Shown here: one piece after another, positions 36,181 through 48,495 of the stretch | How the letters are laid out: each line of letters begins with the position of its first letter | Position numbering within the stretch: position 1 is the stretch's first letter | NCBI GenBank assembly: GCA_020536535.1 | Contig: JAHLWZ010000915.1 | Location: forward strand, 1-48,727 | Length of the DNA stretch: 48,727 nt | Source of the DNA: Pelomyxa schiedti | Taxonomy: Eukaryota > Protista > Evosea | Direction: 5' to 3' | The notes under the pieces: generated by a model | What the model was told of the DNA's origin: nothing | Databases searched by the model: none | Seen by the model: only the letters and a program-made list of their open reading frames with translations | Program-made: the position numbers and the translations under genes

Positions 36181-37476
36181 TTAGGATGATGAGCGTGCTG
36201 GTCTGCTGAGAAATTCACGGGAAAATTGCACGAGGACTGAAAGGGATGGCAGGTCTGGGTGCTCAACAAACGGATTGGATCCGGATTCCTCACAGGCACA
36301 CAGTACGGGGTCAATTGGAATTTTGCCAATGAATGGAATGTGGCACTCCTCAGAAAGAAGGCGCCCACCCTCGGACGAAAATATGTTGGTTGTGGTCTGT
36401 GCAAGACCGTGAGAATGCGTGAAAGATAAGAAGAAAAGGAACTCATTACCGAGCAATGCGGGCAGACATACCCGCTCATGTTTTCTACTAGTCCTAGGAT
36501 TGGAAGGCCGATTTTGTTGCAGAATGAAATTTCTTTTCTTACATCATTCACAGAGACAATCTGTGATGTGGAAGGTAGAAGTAATTTACTAAGGCAGAAA
36601 GTTATGGGATGAGGGAAGTACCTGTGGCGTAGTTACTAAAACGGCACCGTCTGGGTGGTACTCATGCAGAAATTCGCAAATGGAAATGTGTTCATCAGAA
36701 GTGCCTGGTGGTGTATCTATAATCATGACATCCAGTGGGCCCCAGCAGACATCCTCCAAAAATGACTTTATTGCCGCTACAAGTAAGTGTTACTATGGCT
36801 CAACTCTAATCCAAATATATTCTTACAACAGTGTAAAAAAGCAGGTTTTGTGCACGAAAAAGGAGAGGAATAGACATACCGTTTTTGCGGGGTCCTCTCC
36901 ATATTACAGGGGCATTAGCTTCCTCAGTCAAGAACGCCATCGACACAACAGATAGCATGTGCTCGTCATCAGCAAACACCGGCACCCACCTGCATGCAGT
37001 CTTAGTCAAAAAAGTCGAAATGATTCCCAAACAGAGGAGTGACGATCAATGAATGTTAAGGTGTCAAGTGCCAAAGAAAGTGTCGAAAGTGCAGAAATTC
37101 CAAGTGTCACAATTTCATTCAATGATTTTGATAGCATGACATACCCCTTTGAGGACGTAAGGACTGACTTGTCGGCAACACCCATAATTCTGGGCACACT
37201 AGGGCCGCATAGATCGATGTCCAGCACGCCTACCCTGGCGCCGGCCTTGCGGAAGCAAAAAGCTAACTGACAAGCTATCGTGCTTTTGCCCACGCCACCC
37301 TTGCCTGACAGCACCAGCACGATGTGCTTCACTTTGGAAATTCCGCACTCGGAAAGCTGCACGGAGGCAGCGGTTTCGGTGCCGGGGGCCGGAGGTGCGA
37401 CGGGATTGTGGGACGCCTCGGTGGATGCGGGCGTGGACGTGGGGGGTTGTTGGTCGGACATTACGGCGTCAGTCAT
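36181..37476 (-). CDS. NUBP2: Cytosolic Fe-S cluster assembly P-loop NTPase Cfd1/NUBP2, multi-exon
   Basis: [14 protein letters not shown]; DIDLCGPS; VIWRGPRK; [12 protein letters not shown]; VTTPQ; [14 protein letters not shown]. It lacks the N-terminal 4-Cys motif of Nbp35/NUBP1. Confidence 0.88.
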
Positions 37477-37592
37477 CGATGTATTGCTTACTAGAAGAGA
37501 GCGTGGTTCTAACTTTCTCGGCCATTTCTAATCAGGGACTCTCCATCACATTGGCCAGAGTGGATGTGGCACTAAGGTGCAATTGGTGATGG

Positions 37593-37630
37593 CCGATCTT
37601 GGGGTTGACAGCGAATTTCGCCAAGATCGG
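37593..37630. repeat. Perfect 10-bp inverted repeat in a divergent promoter
   Basis: CCGATCTTGG (37593-37602) and CCAAGATCGG (37621-37630) with an 18-nt spacer. Confidence 0.6.
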
Positions 37631-37678
37631 GGGCGAATCAACTCGGAAAAAAGGAACAATAAAAAAATTCACGAAGTA

Positions 37679-38978
37679 ATGGACACAGCATATCGCCCGT
37701 CATCGGTGTGTATCAACTAACGCTCCCATAATCGAAATTGATTAACTTATGTGGTAGACATTTGATCCCGTCCCGCGTCCCTCAAATGACCTGGAAGCAG
37801 TATGCTTTACAATTTATATCATATTTCAAACCAAATGCACCAAAAAAAAAACCCTTACAAATTGTTGGCATAGTGGAAGGCTTCATTGGGAGAAAGATTT
37901 TCTGGAGTAGAGAAAAGGTTGATTGCTATGGAAAGGAGCGTTCAAATGATCTCATTGGCAGTGCAATCACTCCCACCACCGTATTTCCCTACTTCGAGAA
38001 TTTGAATTTGTAGTAGTATTTAATATTAAAATAACTTAGTTTTTGACTGGCACTAATGGTTTCACTTTCGAATAAGACCAACCTACCAACAACAACAGTT
38101 ATCAGCTCAGGTAGCAACCTCAGCTGTACAACCTCCTGGTCCTCAGTCCACACAGCCAGGACCAAGGCAGTACCCAAGCATACTGCCTCCAAGCTTTGAA
38201 AAACTGTCAACCCCCTCACCAGATACTTCCCAGGACGCGGTAAAATGGCACCTGCCTTTCATGTTGATAATTAATTACCTACTAGACTCTTGCCAAAGCA
38301 CTACAGGAAGAAGAAAATCGGAAGCCCCGCTCTTCCAAGTCTTCCAACCACTCAAAATCTAGTCGTACGTCAAAATCATCACATAGACATGCTGCTCCAT
38401 CAGCCCAAGTTGTAAACAATCAGGAATTGGTAGCACTTCACCTAAGAGTCCAAAGATTTCTTATCTTTATTTTGCAGCTATGCGGCATGTGTGGGGCAAA
38501 ATGCACTGCTGCAAACATTCAACAGCACATGGCAATTCACACCAGAAATCCCAATACCCTTGTAAAAGTATATGCAAAACCTGAAGGTAAATTGCCAAAC
38601 AAGTATCACTCTAATACCGTTTAGATGCCGTACCTCGGCCAGCTCCTGGATTTTATGCTTCCTTCTTCGGAGGTAACTATTTCAGTTTCTCAAACCATGA
38701 ATACAAAATTACTAAATTCTCCAAAAGGAGCCGCAGACAGCCAAGTGTTTTCGCAACCAATTCAACCGCCACAACCACTACCACAACAACCCCAACAACC
38801 CCTCTCCCAATCACAACCACCTGTTCAAATCCAACTCCCCAGTACTACATATCCTCCTTCCATGTACCCCCCTCTCTACACTCTGTATGTACCTTCTTCC
38901 CATAATCCTTTACTCACACTCTGTCGCAGACCACCTTATACACCAGCCCCACCTCCGGCCTACACTCAGCACCCTTGA
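37679..38978 (+). CDS. Low-complexity adaptor protein with UIM-like motif, CxxC-x11-H-x3-H zinc finger and PPxY motifs, multi-exon
   Basis: In-frame splicing gives MDTAYRPSS|TFDPVPRPSNDLEA|WKASLGERFSGVEKRLIAMERSV...SQDA|TLAKALQEEEN...EL|LCGMCGAKCTAANIQQHMAIH...PPPAYTQHP*. Confidence 0.55.
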
Positions 38979-39189
38979 GTCTGTCACCGAAACTGTAAAA
39001 TTCTGATAGGGACATTCTCGGAACCACAAAAATGATCAGATCTGAAAGGATTGATGGCCTTGAGGAAAACCGAAAAAATACAACACGCCCGAAGCAAACG
39101 GGAAAAACACAACCGAAAACAACACAAGAAGAAAATACAAACAACAAGAAAGGGGAAAAAAATTTTGGGGGTTGTTGGGGGAGTTGGAA

Positions 39190-42100
39190 ATGTTGTGGAC
39201 ATCAAGCGCGGGCGGAAACACAACAACAAACAGCCAATGGACCAATTGGAAACAAACCCCCCAGCCTCAGCGCCCTGCAGCCAACGGCTCCCATAATCCG
39301 ATCCACGACGCCATCAACCCTCACAACTACTTCACCGCACGCACCATCGAAGATCCCTCAAATACCAACAGTACTACCAACACCACCACCAACAACAATA
39401 TTAATAGAGGGGTTGATGTGGCCGAGTTTGTGCCTAGGCGAAATTCTGCGCCCCCGGCGCCGATCTTCTTGGAACAACACGCGGCCTTCAATCCATTGAG
39501 CCCGGCATTCCACTGTGTGAGGGAGTGTAACGGAAACAATGGAACCGGTGATGCATTTGACCACGAAAAACAGGCTCAGAATGAGCAGCTGCAAGCACAG
39601 CAGTCGCAGTCGCAGTCACAGTTGCAAGCTGCTCTCATGTTGATAAATTCCCATAAGCAACAACAACCTGGAGCGGTATCTCCGCCGTTGGATTCTGCAA
39701 AAAATTCTGCACTTACTGGGTCGGCTCAATACCAGTTTGTTCCGCGAACAAGGAACACTCACAGCTATGTACAACCATTTTTGACACCAACACATACCTC
39801 TTCGTTTCCACAAGCGGACTCTGATGCGGATGCTGACGATGATGCAAATGCCACAAGCAACACAATTTCACCTTCTCCGCCTCTGCATAGATGGCATCCT
39901 CTTCCGCACAATTCTGTCCCTTTGCAACGTGTTCGTTCCGTTTCCCTTTCTCCTGCTTGCTCCTTTTTGAGCCCTCTATCAAATGGTTCACATCCTGGTG
40001 CCTTTATGCACCCCGCACTCTCAACACCAAATATATCCACTACACCTCCAACTATCTCCCCTTTACTACACACCAGTAGTTCCCCTAATGGTTTGCATTC
40101 CCCAGGCTCTCCCAAGTCCGCTCACGCTTCTCGTTCGAATTCTCCTACTATTACTCCCCTTACACCTCTTACGCCTCCCTTTAATCCTTTGCAGCTGAGA
40201 TCTACGGCCTCCCCCCCACTTTCCCCACACAGCAATGGGGCCTCTTCGCCAACTTCTCCCACTTCACCACATCATTCTCGACGCCTGTCAGGGTTGTCTT
40301 CATCTATTCCCAACTTGTTGACACTACCGGAGCTAATCAATTTTGCCTCAACCATGCCTTCGGAAAAACTTTGTGCATTGCACTTGTCCCCGCCACCCCC
40401 TCCTCCTGATAAGAGTCCACAAAGTGGACTGTGCGAAACGCCAATAAATAGCCTTCCGCAGCCAACAGGTGCTAGTCAATCAGAACAACCATCACCCAGT
40501 ACAAGCCAGTCAACTTCTGAAAGATCAACTACATCATGGTTGCCGAAGACAACTTCTCATTTAGCACATCTTCAATCCCCTATGGGTGCCTCACTCGCTC
40601 CCGCCGTTCACAGTCTGCTGGGTAAATACAGAAATCCTGCAATGACCGCTGTAGCACAACCTGAGGCACCATCTCTGCCCATTACCCGTAAGGAAGAAAC
40701 AGCACTAGAGGCACTGCCGCCAACGCTACCGGCGAATGCTCCATTGCCTCCTGGTTCTCTCCAGAGGTCAGTGCCACTAACTCCATTTCCACCACCTCTA
40801 CCCCAGGCGGGAACCACTCCACCAGGTCTTCATACTGGCTCACCCCCACCAGAATCTCTTTTAGCCAATGTTCTATCCCAAGTCCCACCCCCCCTGTCTG
40901 AGTCTGTTTCCCCACCGAGTGACCACGTTCATACAGAGTAATTTCATCCCAAAATTGAGATTATGGGGCTGACTTTATCTCCTTCCCCCCTTTTTTGTAT
41001 GCTCTTCGCAATAAGCAGGAATTCATATGTTTGTACTCTTACAGTTAAAATATTTTGGAGTATTTACTTCCTCTTAGGATCGGTCTCCAATGGAGCAATT
41101 CTTGTTAGGTTCTCCCACACACCTCGTTTTCAAAGCTTTACGTTTGTTTTTTTTTTCCCCCAGAGAGCAATAACAAACCAACGGAAGTCGATAATAAAAT
41201 TGCCGAAGTATCTTCACTTCTTGAGTCAAATCTTACCCTTAACACTGGTAATTTTATTCTTTTTGTTGCCAAATTTGGAACGTTCTTAATTAGGATGTGA
41301 GTTTACACCTTTTCCAGTTCCTAGTGATCCCCCATCAGCATCAAATTCCCCATTAATTCCGCCAAAGCTACCGCAATCTTTCATCTCCCGCAACTCACCA
41401 GACTTAGAAGACAACCCACAACGCACCAGAAGCCTATCGCTGTGTTCTTCCGATTCCTCTCTATTTCTTCATCCATATCAGTTTTCCAATGTCAATCCCG
41501 CCCTTGAAGTAGCGCTCCAACAACTTCCAATCCCTATGCCTACACCCGGAATCAGTCAGTCCGACATGCAACAAGCGTCTCCCCATCGATTAACACAGAG
41601 AACAGTATCCGTTCCCTCTAGACTGTATGCCATGCAGGTTTGTGAAATTTCCTCTCTCAATAAATTGTTAACATGGGACTCCAGACAGAAAAAGTGCAAT
41701 TTACTCCAGGGTACCTGCAAACCTCAGTGTACTCACCTGATGCACCTGAATACACCATCCCAACAGAGCCCAATGTACTTCGGGTTTTGGCAAATTCAAA
41801 TTTCACTTGTGAATACAGGGTGATCCGTTAGGATACATACCATGTTCTTCTCCGAACTATTTGCAAGACTACAGGCACATTCGCCCAATGGCATGCAGTT
41901 TCCTTTTGTTTTGTTGCATAACCTGCTTGCAGTGTACCCAATTTCCTGTGGATGTTGACACTTTAATGGCCAGACAGCGGTTCGCCATACACATTGATGA
42001 TGAAGAGCACACCAATGACTCTAGAACAACCCTTATGATCAAGAATATCCCTAATAAATACTCCCAAAGGATGCTACTTGATGAAATTGATGCAGGCCAT

Positions 42101-42508
42101 GCCGGTTCCTACGACTTCTTCTATCTTCCTATAGATTTCAAGGTTCTATCTACTTTCATTTTAAACAAGCTGCACTTACCTGGAATTTACGTTTTTTTTT
42201 TCCTCCAGAATAAATGTAATGTTGGCTATGCATTTATCAATATGATCAGCACAGACAGAATCCCAGCATTCTACTGGGACTTCAACAACAAGCGCTGGTC
42301 ACGCTTCAACTCTGAAAAGATATGCGAGATAACCTATGCCCGCATTCAGGGACTTGTTCAACTTGTGGATCACTTCAAGAGTTCCAGTCTCTTGGCTGAA
42401 GAGGAAAAAGTTCGACCCGTTATGTTGCTCAACAATGAACTTCAACCATTCCCTGTTGGAGTCTCCTTGAGAGTTATGAGGGGTCATAGGGATGTCATTG
42501 TAACGTGA
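39190..42508 (+). CDS. Mei2-like RNA-binding protein: long disordered N-terminus and C-terminal RRM_2 (Mei2 RRM3), multi-exon
   Basis: RTTLMIKNIPNKYSQRMLLDEID...YDFFYLPIDFK|NKCNVGYAFINM...FNSEKICEITYARIQG. First exon of about 580 aa is S/P/T/Q-rich. Confidence 0.85.
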
Positions 42509-42692
42509 GTTTCCCCTTTCCAACTAAGTCTCGAATACTTTTCTAACAGTAAACACAGAAGCAAATTGCCATACTTAGTGTAAGTAAGGGGTGGTGTGAA
42601 ATTTTGTTTTTTGGAATTATTCACCCACTCAAAGTAATACTAAATAAAATCTGTTTTTGTGTTTGATCTTTTCAATCTGTCACCACAATAAG

Positions 42693-44029
42693 TTATTGCA
42701 GAAGTGGCAATAAGTAGAGCTCGAAAGCAGTCCTATTGTGTAGCCAGCCTGAATGGGTTACACCATCCACTGCGGTTCTGCTGAGTCTGCCAGCAAGGTC
42801 CATGGTTTGAAGACCAAATGTATCGGCTGTGTAGTACTTCTGGACTGTCATAGATTCGCGGTTCTCGTCTTCATCAAAGAAATCAAAGAGGCTTGTGTAC
42901 CATGGCACAATGTATCCGTCTGGAAATTGATAAGGAAACTGAGTTTGCTTAATGGGAACGCACCTGCAGAGGAACCAAATAAATTAAGGTGGTTCACCTT
43001 AATGAAATTTGTCTTGTACGCTAGCAAATCAGAAACTGGTAGTTAATAGAACTTTCTACCTTCAGTATAGTTGTCAGCACGCTCGTTGTTAAGATAAGGT
43101 AGAAATTCATTGTTTGCCATGTAACGGGAGTAGTTTGGAGTCCTCCAAGAATTTGCAATACTATTTTGCGAACAATGAGCAAGGACTCGAATACTTTCGA
43201 GGGGAAACAACCTGTAGTCATCTTGCATGATGGCTGTATACAATAAATCAGTAACAATTTCGTCAGTAACGTTCTCATATTCCCAATCAGCAAGTCCATA
43301 ACTTTGAGGGGTCAGTGGTGAAAACGCAAAAGGAAAGACTCACAGTCCTCCCTAATTGGAATAAGGAACAAGAGGAATAGCTAGAAATAAAAAGGCAAAC
43401 CTGTAAACCGGCAAGACTCAGGTATTGATCGACATGGAGGTCACTCATTAGCTCCAAAATACACCTTGTTAGCAAGCCCCCTGTGCAAATGAGTTCCAAG
43501 CTTATCTGTTCCTTTTAAACTACCTTGGGAGTGACCTACCAAGTGATAACCTTGCTCAAATGCACTATCACTGGCAATTGTCTGTTCAATTATAGCCGCC
43601 AAGTCGTCGACTTGTGTCCAGAGTGGCTAAATGGAAATCAACCCAAAAGAGAAGGTGGTACACACGAACTTACTTTTCCCGATTCGACAGAATTGTCTAC
43701 GTTGAGTGGAACTACAATCTGGCCTGGCACAATTAAATAAGTATAACTAAATTGATCCGCGACAAGAACTCCACGCACGAGCAGGCAGGGCAATTACAAT
43801 GCCAAACAAAAAAAAAATGTCAAACGGCCGAGAGAGAAAGAGACATGGGGAATCTAGACTCACCAGGGTGATCTTCAGCGAGCCAGGAAACCCAGTCGTT
43901 CCAATCTGTGTAACTGCCTTTCCCTGGTTTCATCGAGTAGCCGTGCATCATCATGACGGGCTTGTATCCCGCTGCACACCATCCCATAATAACAACGGTC
44001 GCGACCACAACCGCCAGCCTTGCCGCCAT
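42693..44029 (-). CDS. Palmitoyl-protein thioesterase (PPT2-like lysosomal thioesterase), multi-exon
   Basis: Signal peptide; YKPVMMMHG; spliced GHSQG|GLLTR nucleophile motif; FLPYLNNE; YTADTFGLQTMD...VDGVTHSGW. Confidence 0.9.
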
Positions 44030-44278
44030 CGACCGCGTGAAATGTAGTTGATTTTATTTTGCGGTGGTACTGGGCGGCCGGTTTCTTATTGGGACGAGAA
44101 GATAGAGAGTCCAACAAAGACTTCGGTGTCAAATGCAAATCCTTGATATTGTGCAAAGCACGCCCATCCGGCACATCGCTGATTTCTGAGTCTCTGATCT
44201 CTGATAAGAAATGGAGTTTAGAACCGATCTGTTAGCTGCACAAAGCCATCGGAGAACCTGATCGTCGACATTGGGACA

Positions 44279-45673
44279 ATGACGGGGGAGCCAGAACCAC
44301 TGAGAAATGTGAGAGTGTATTACACCAATTGCCGGCATTGCGACTAAGGGAAATAAATAAAGATATGTCAGTTGTGCAACACAGCGGGCACAGGGGACAC
44401 AGTCACGTGTGAACTTTGCACCAAGATCTACCATTGGTCTTGCCTAGATCCTCCGCTTACGTCAAAGCCAGACCATTTCTCCTGCCCCTACCACGTTACT
44501 GCGGAAAATGTGTGCCAAGTAACCCCCCTTTTCCCTGCTTACATTTCTTATCTAATGAGGGATTGTCAAAGGAATCCGTGTCAGAGAGGGGGGCGAAGAG
44601 GCCAAGATTTTGTGACCAGCAGACGGCATTTCCCTCTTTCCTCCCCCTTGCCTTTTTAACGCCGATAATTGAAGGCCTCGTTGCGATGGTTTCGAGATGA
44701 AAACGTCCCAATTCAACAAAGTACATTAATATCCATGTCCAGCATCTTCAACCAATTTGTTTCCTGGCAAGAACTTAATCAAGTTGCGAAATGAATGTCT
44801 GACACTCTACTCACGGTCATTCACTTAAAGGCAAACTCTATAATGACTCAGATACGACCCAGCCTATCCCCACAGCAAAGAAGAGCAGTTCTTAAATCAC
44901 AGAAAGCTCATGCAGCAGAATCCCTTCAAGAGACAAGTTCGCACCCTTTTGTGAAATCACACCTAATACCTCTTCAGTTCCCACGGCATATTCCGCCATG
45001 ACAATAGAACAAATTGTTTTGTCCAATGAACGAAGAGCAGCGCGGAAAAAAGCTGGCCTTTCCAAAAGGCGAAAGTAACGTCTGTATTATGGCTTAATCT
45101 CAATAACACAACTGTAGTGCTCACCCTGGATTACCGCCTCAAAAAGGTGAAATAATTCCCTCAACCAAATGTGAACAATAACACCATTTTATTTAGATAC
45201 AACAGAATCTTGGCCCCAGTTTGTACTCATGGGTAAATAGTTATTTGTTCAGATTACCGTTGACGCAGGAAACAGATGGAACATCACTTTTCTTAAGGAA
45301 AATGCCTGTGATATTAGGCCGCTCTGACAAGAACAATCAACCTGATGTAGATTTTGGAGCTTTGGCCCGCAAGACCCCGGGAGCACGACCTAATTTAGTC
45401 AGCCACCACCATGCTACATTGACACAAACTTCCCTTCTTGGGAGTGACGGCAGTGTCAGTGAAACAGCCCCACCTGTCACTACTGTTATCAAAGAGGGGG
45501 ATCCATTTGTGTTAGCTGTTCATGGCCGAAACGGTGCCTCTCTGAATGGCGAGAAGCTGAGACCAGGAGAAGCCGCAGTGCAGATGAGAAGTGGTGACAT
45601 TTTGAACATAGGAGGCGTTTCGGTTACGTTTATAGTGCCTTCAATAATACACCAAGCACCCAAATTGCCATAA
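44279..45673 (+). CDS. PHD finger + FHA domain protein, multi-exon
   Basis: N|ICQLCNTAG...TCELCTKIYHWSCLDPPL...FSCPYH (PHD). ILGRSD...VSHHHA...GRNGASLNG...MRSGDILNIGG (FHA with GR, SxxH and NG motifs). The middle exons are uncertain. Confidence 0.7.
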
Positions 45674-45719
45674 CATAAGCCAAAAAAAAATTTGCAAGGA
45701 AAAAGCCTTTTCTTTGTTT

Positions 45720-47017
45720 TCAAATAATGAAATGGATGTGATTCTGGGCACTTAGCTCAGAGTAGTCCATAAACAGTGCTGGACAATGCGATATGTCAAC
45801 TTCTGTCAATTCAGGGCAGCCTCTGAGAACTGCTTGAACAGCTTCGTCATCAACACCAGTGCCACCCAAGTCAAGGTGCTCAAGGTGTGGGAAACTGAAG
45901 TTCCAGTGTTTAAGGCCAGGGTGACTGGTTGGTGTGTAAGAAAATCAATTGATGAATGAATCAAGTGAGGGGACTCACTCTCGCAAGCTCAATACTTGCA
46001 GAGACGGGCAGGAATTTTGCAGTGAGTTGAGCTGCCGGTATAAAATGCGTGGCTGAAGGCCCCGGAAACGCAGATGTACAAGAGAAGGACAAGTGATTAC
46101 GGGGTTGAAAGTTTCACTTGGGGCACCGATATCCAAGTATGTGAGAGTGGAACTGCAAATTGTGGGACGCATGAGGTGTGATCCGTTGAGAAGAGTGAGC
46201 TGTGTAAAAGAGTGGCTGGAATTAACTCGACTACTTGGTTGTTCCTCACTGTCCTGTTCAGAGAATATAAAATAGAGGGATGAGCGAGAAGAATGGCAAT
46301 GAATGGTATAGGGGCACACGTAGTGAGAAGACCTCGAATGCCTTTTTTTTGGTGCGTTGGCAGTCTGCGAACGCCTCGGGGTAGTGGTCATCCCTCCACA
46401 AAGCAAGCGGTTCACGTCTGAGTCATACAGCCAGTGCACAGATGCATAGCAACTCATGCATAGGTGCTCAATGCACCCTGAGGCCAGCAAAGAATTCACT
46501 GCACTCGAACTGAGAGTATTCTGCCTATTTTATTATGTCTGTGTGACACCTTATAATAAGTGTTTGTGAAAAAAATGCACACAGAATCAATCGCAACCCA
46601 ACATTTTAACAACAAAATAGAGCCTCCCCCAATAAATTACAAGAACAAGTACGAAAAAAAAAGACCCACCAACCTGTCCATCTCCAGGAGCAACTCCTGC
46701 ACCAAGTTGGCCGGCAGTGACCTCCACGACCTCCTGAAGTCCGACGCGAAGCCCCTCGCCAACGTGGTCAGGCACATGCCCGCCAATGTAGGTATCTCCG
46801 TCGTCGTACACCCGTCCGACAACAGCGCTGGGCCGCCGCCGCCCCTCCGCCCCTTCTTCCGCCTGGCGCTGCCGCAGGCATTATTATTGGCAGTAGATGC
46901 GCGGCGTGGCGGCGGTGTTTCTTGTTCTTCTTCGTCTTGTTCTGTGTCCAAGTCGGCCAACGCGGCCAGGATCGCCTCGTCGTCTAGGTCGTCGTTTAAC
47001 TCCTCCCTACCCTTCAT
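45720..47017 (-). CDS. BC-box/cullin-box leucine-rich-repeat protein (Elongin BC substrate-receptor-like), multi-exon
   Basis: IPTLAGMCLTTLA (BC-box pattern) followed by SLPANLVQELL. AMN1/FBXL-type LRRs CPSLQVLSL, FPHLEHLDLGGTGVDDEAV, CPELTEVDISHC. Confidence 0.65.
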
Positions 47018-47321
47018 CTTGTTTTCGCGTTTAGCCTAAAAAATGATGGAGTGGCTTGTCTGAAACATTGACAGGCCTTGCATCTAGATGGATCTTCAGG
47101 TTTTTTTTGTTTTGTTTTCTCATCTCTGTTTCCACCCAAAACCGTACAGCATGGTAGTCATTTGTTGGCTTGTGGAAGGGGGGCTCAAATATTTGAGAAC
47201 TTCTATCCCAGTTCCAACAAGTCTTCCCTTCTCATTTTGAACGAGGAACTGTTATTGACATTCCAGTGTTCTTCTGTGCTTGGGTATGTGTCTTTAAAAA
47301 GCACCAAGACAGTAACAAGTT

Positions 47322-48495
47322 TCAATCAAAGTAGTGATGCCACATTGATAATACATGGTGCTTTAATCCTCTGAGGGGTGCTTCCACAATCCGGGCTTGG
47401 AATGGTGCCTTCCCATATAACACAGCATGATCTTTTGTCCAGTTAAACAGACACGAGTCTGTGGTTGGCAGCCAGGGATTCAATTCTGGTTGTATGTCTG
47501 TAAGTTACACAAAATTCCAACTGGTGGAATGTTGTGGAGGTGGGTACCAATTATGAGAACTTCAGTCCAGTCAGGTGCGACAGCGAAGTCTATTATGTAA
47601 TTCTCAAGTGGAATACGGTGTTTAAGCTGAAAAAGTGGGAACCTTGTGAGAAAGAACAGAAAAACATACTTTGGTATCAAAAAATGTCTGGATAGTGAGA
47701 ACAATTTTTTCTTTGTTTATGGCGACATCCTGGAAGTAACAAGTATCGAAGTACTGTGAAAGTGCAACAAGGGTTTTGCCATGAACAAAACCACGCCACT
47801 CACAGGAAACAGAAAACCTCTTCCATTCACGGAGAACGATATTCATAGGTGCCTCATTTGGGTGCTCCAGAGACATCTAACGTTTTTGGTGGTGTTAAAA
47901 ATGGTTCTAATCCATGATGGTAAAAGGACACACTTGCAAGTCTTCAAGTACACGCCCACTGCATGTCATTATCATTATAGCTTCCCTGCCAGATGTCACA
48001 CACATTGATTCCATAAGGGATTGAAAGAGAATCTTAAGTTTCTCGTTGTCAATTTCTGTGGGTGTCAGAGACGCCGTAGTCATGTATATTCGAGGAAGCC
48101 GAGATTCCACTAATTGGTTCATTTTCTGGCTTGTAATGGCGGCATCTTTGGGGCTTCTGGAAGATAGCTTGCACATCGCAGCGTGGGCAGGAAATGAAGC
48201 AATAATCGAATCAATTTTATCAGATATAGATTGAAGAGCATCCGGCACTTGAGGTGGTGATGGCTTTATGAGTTAGTTATAAAAGAGTGGGTACGACTAC
48301 AGTAGTGTTATCAGAAGAATGGATGTTTCTGTTGCATAGCTCTACAATTATCTGCTTCTGTTCCTGGTGTTTCACAGATTTAAGGGAAAAAAACCCTCGA
48401 TGTAGTTGCTTATATTATAATTTGATAGAAACACTCGTACTCGCGTCATCTCTATAAACTCTGTACGAAAAGTAAAATCCTGCACTGTGGAGTAC
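47322..48495 (-). CDS. Cdc123/D123-like (R2K clade) ATP-grasp protein, multi-exon; 5' end outside window
   Basis: YSTVQDFTFRTEFIEM; CKLSSRSPKDA; IVLREW...CEWRGFVHGKTLVALSQY; ELNPWLPTTDSCLFNW...PFQARI; stop at 47322-47324. Confidence 0.75.
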
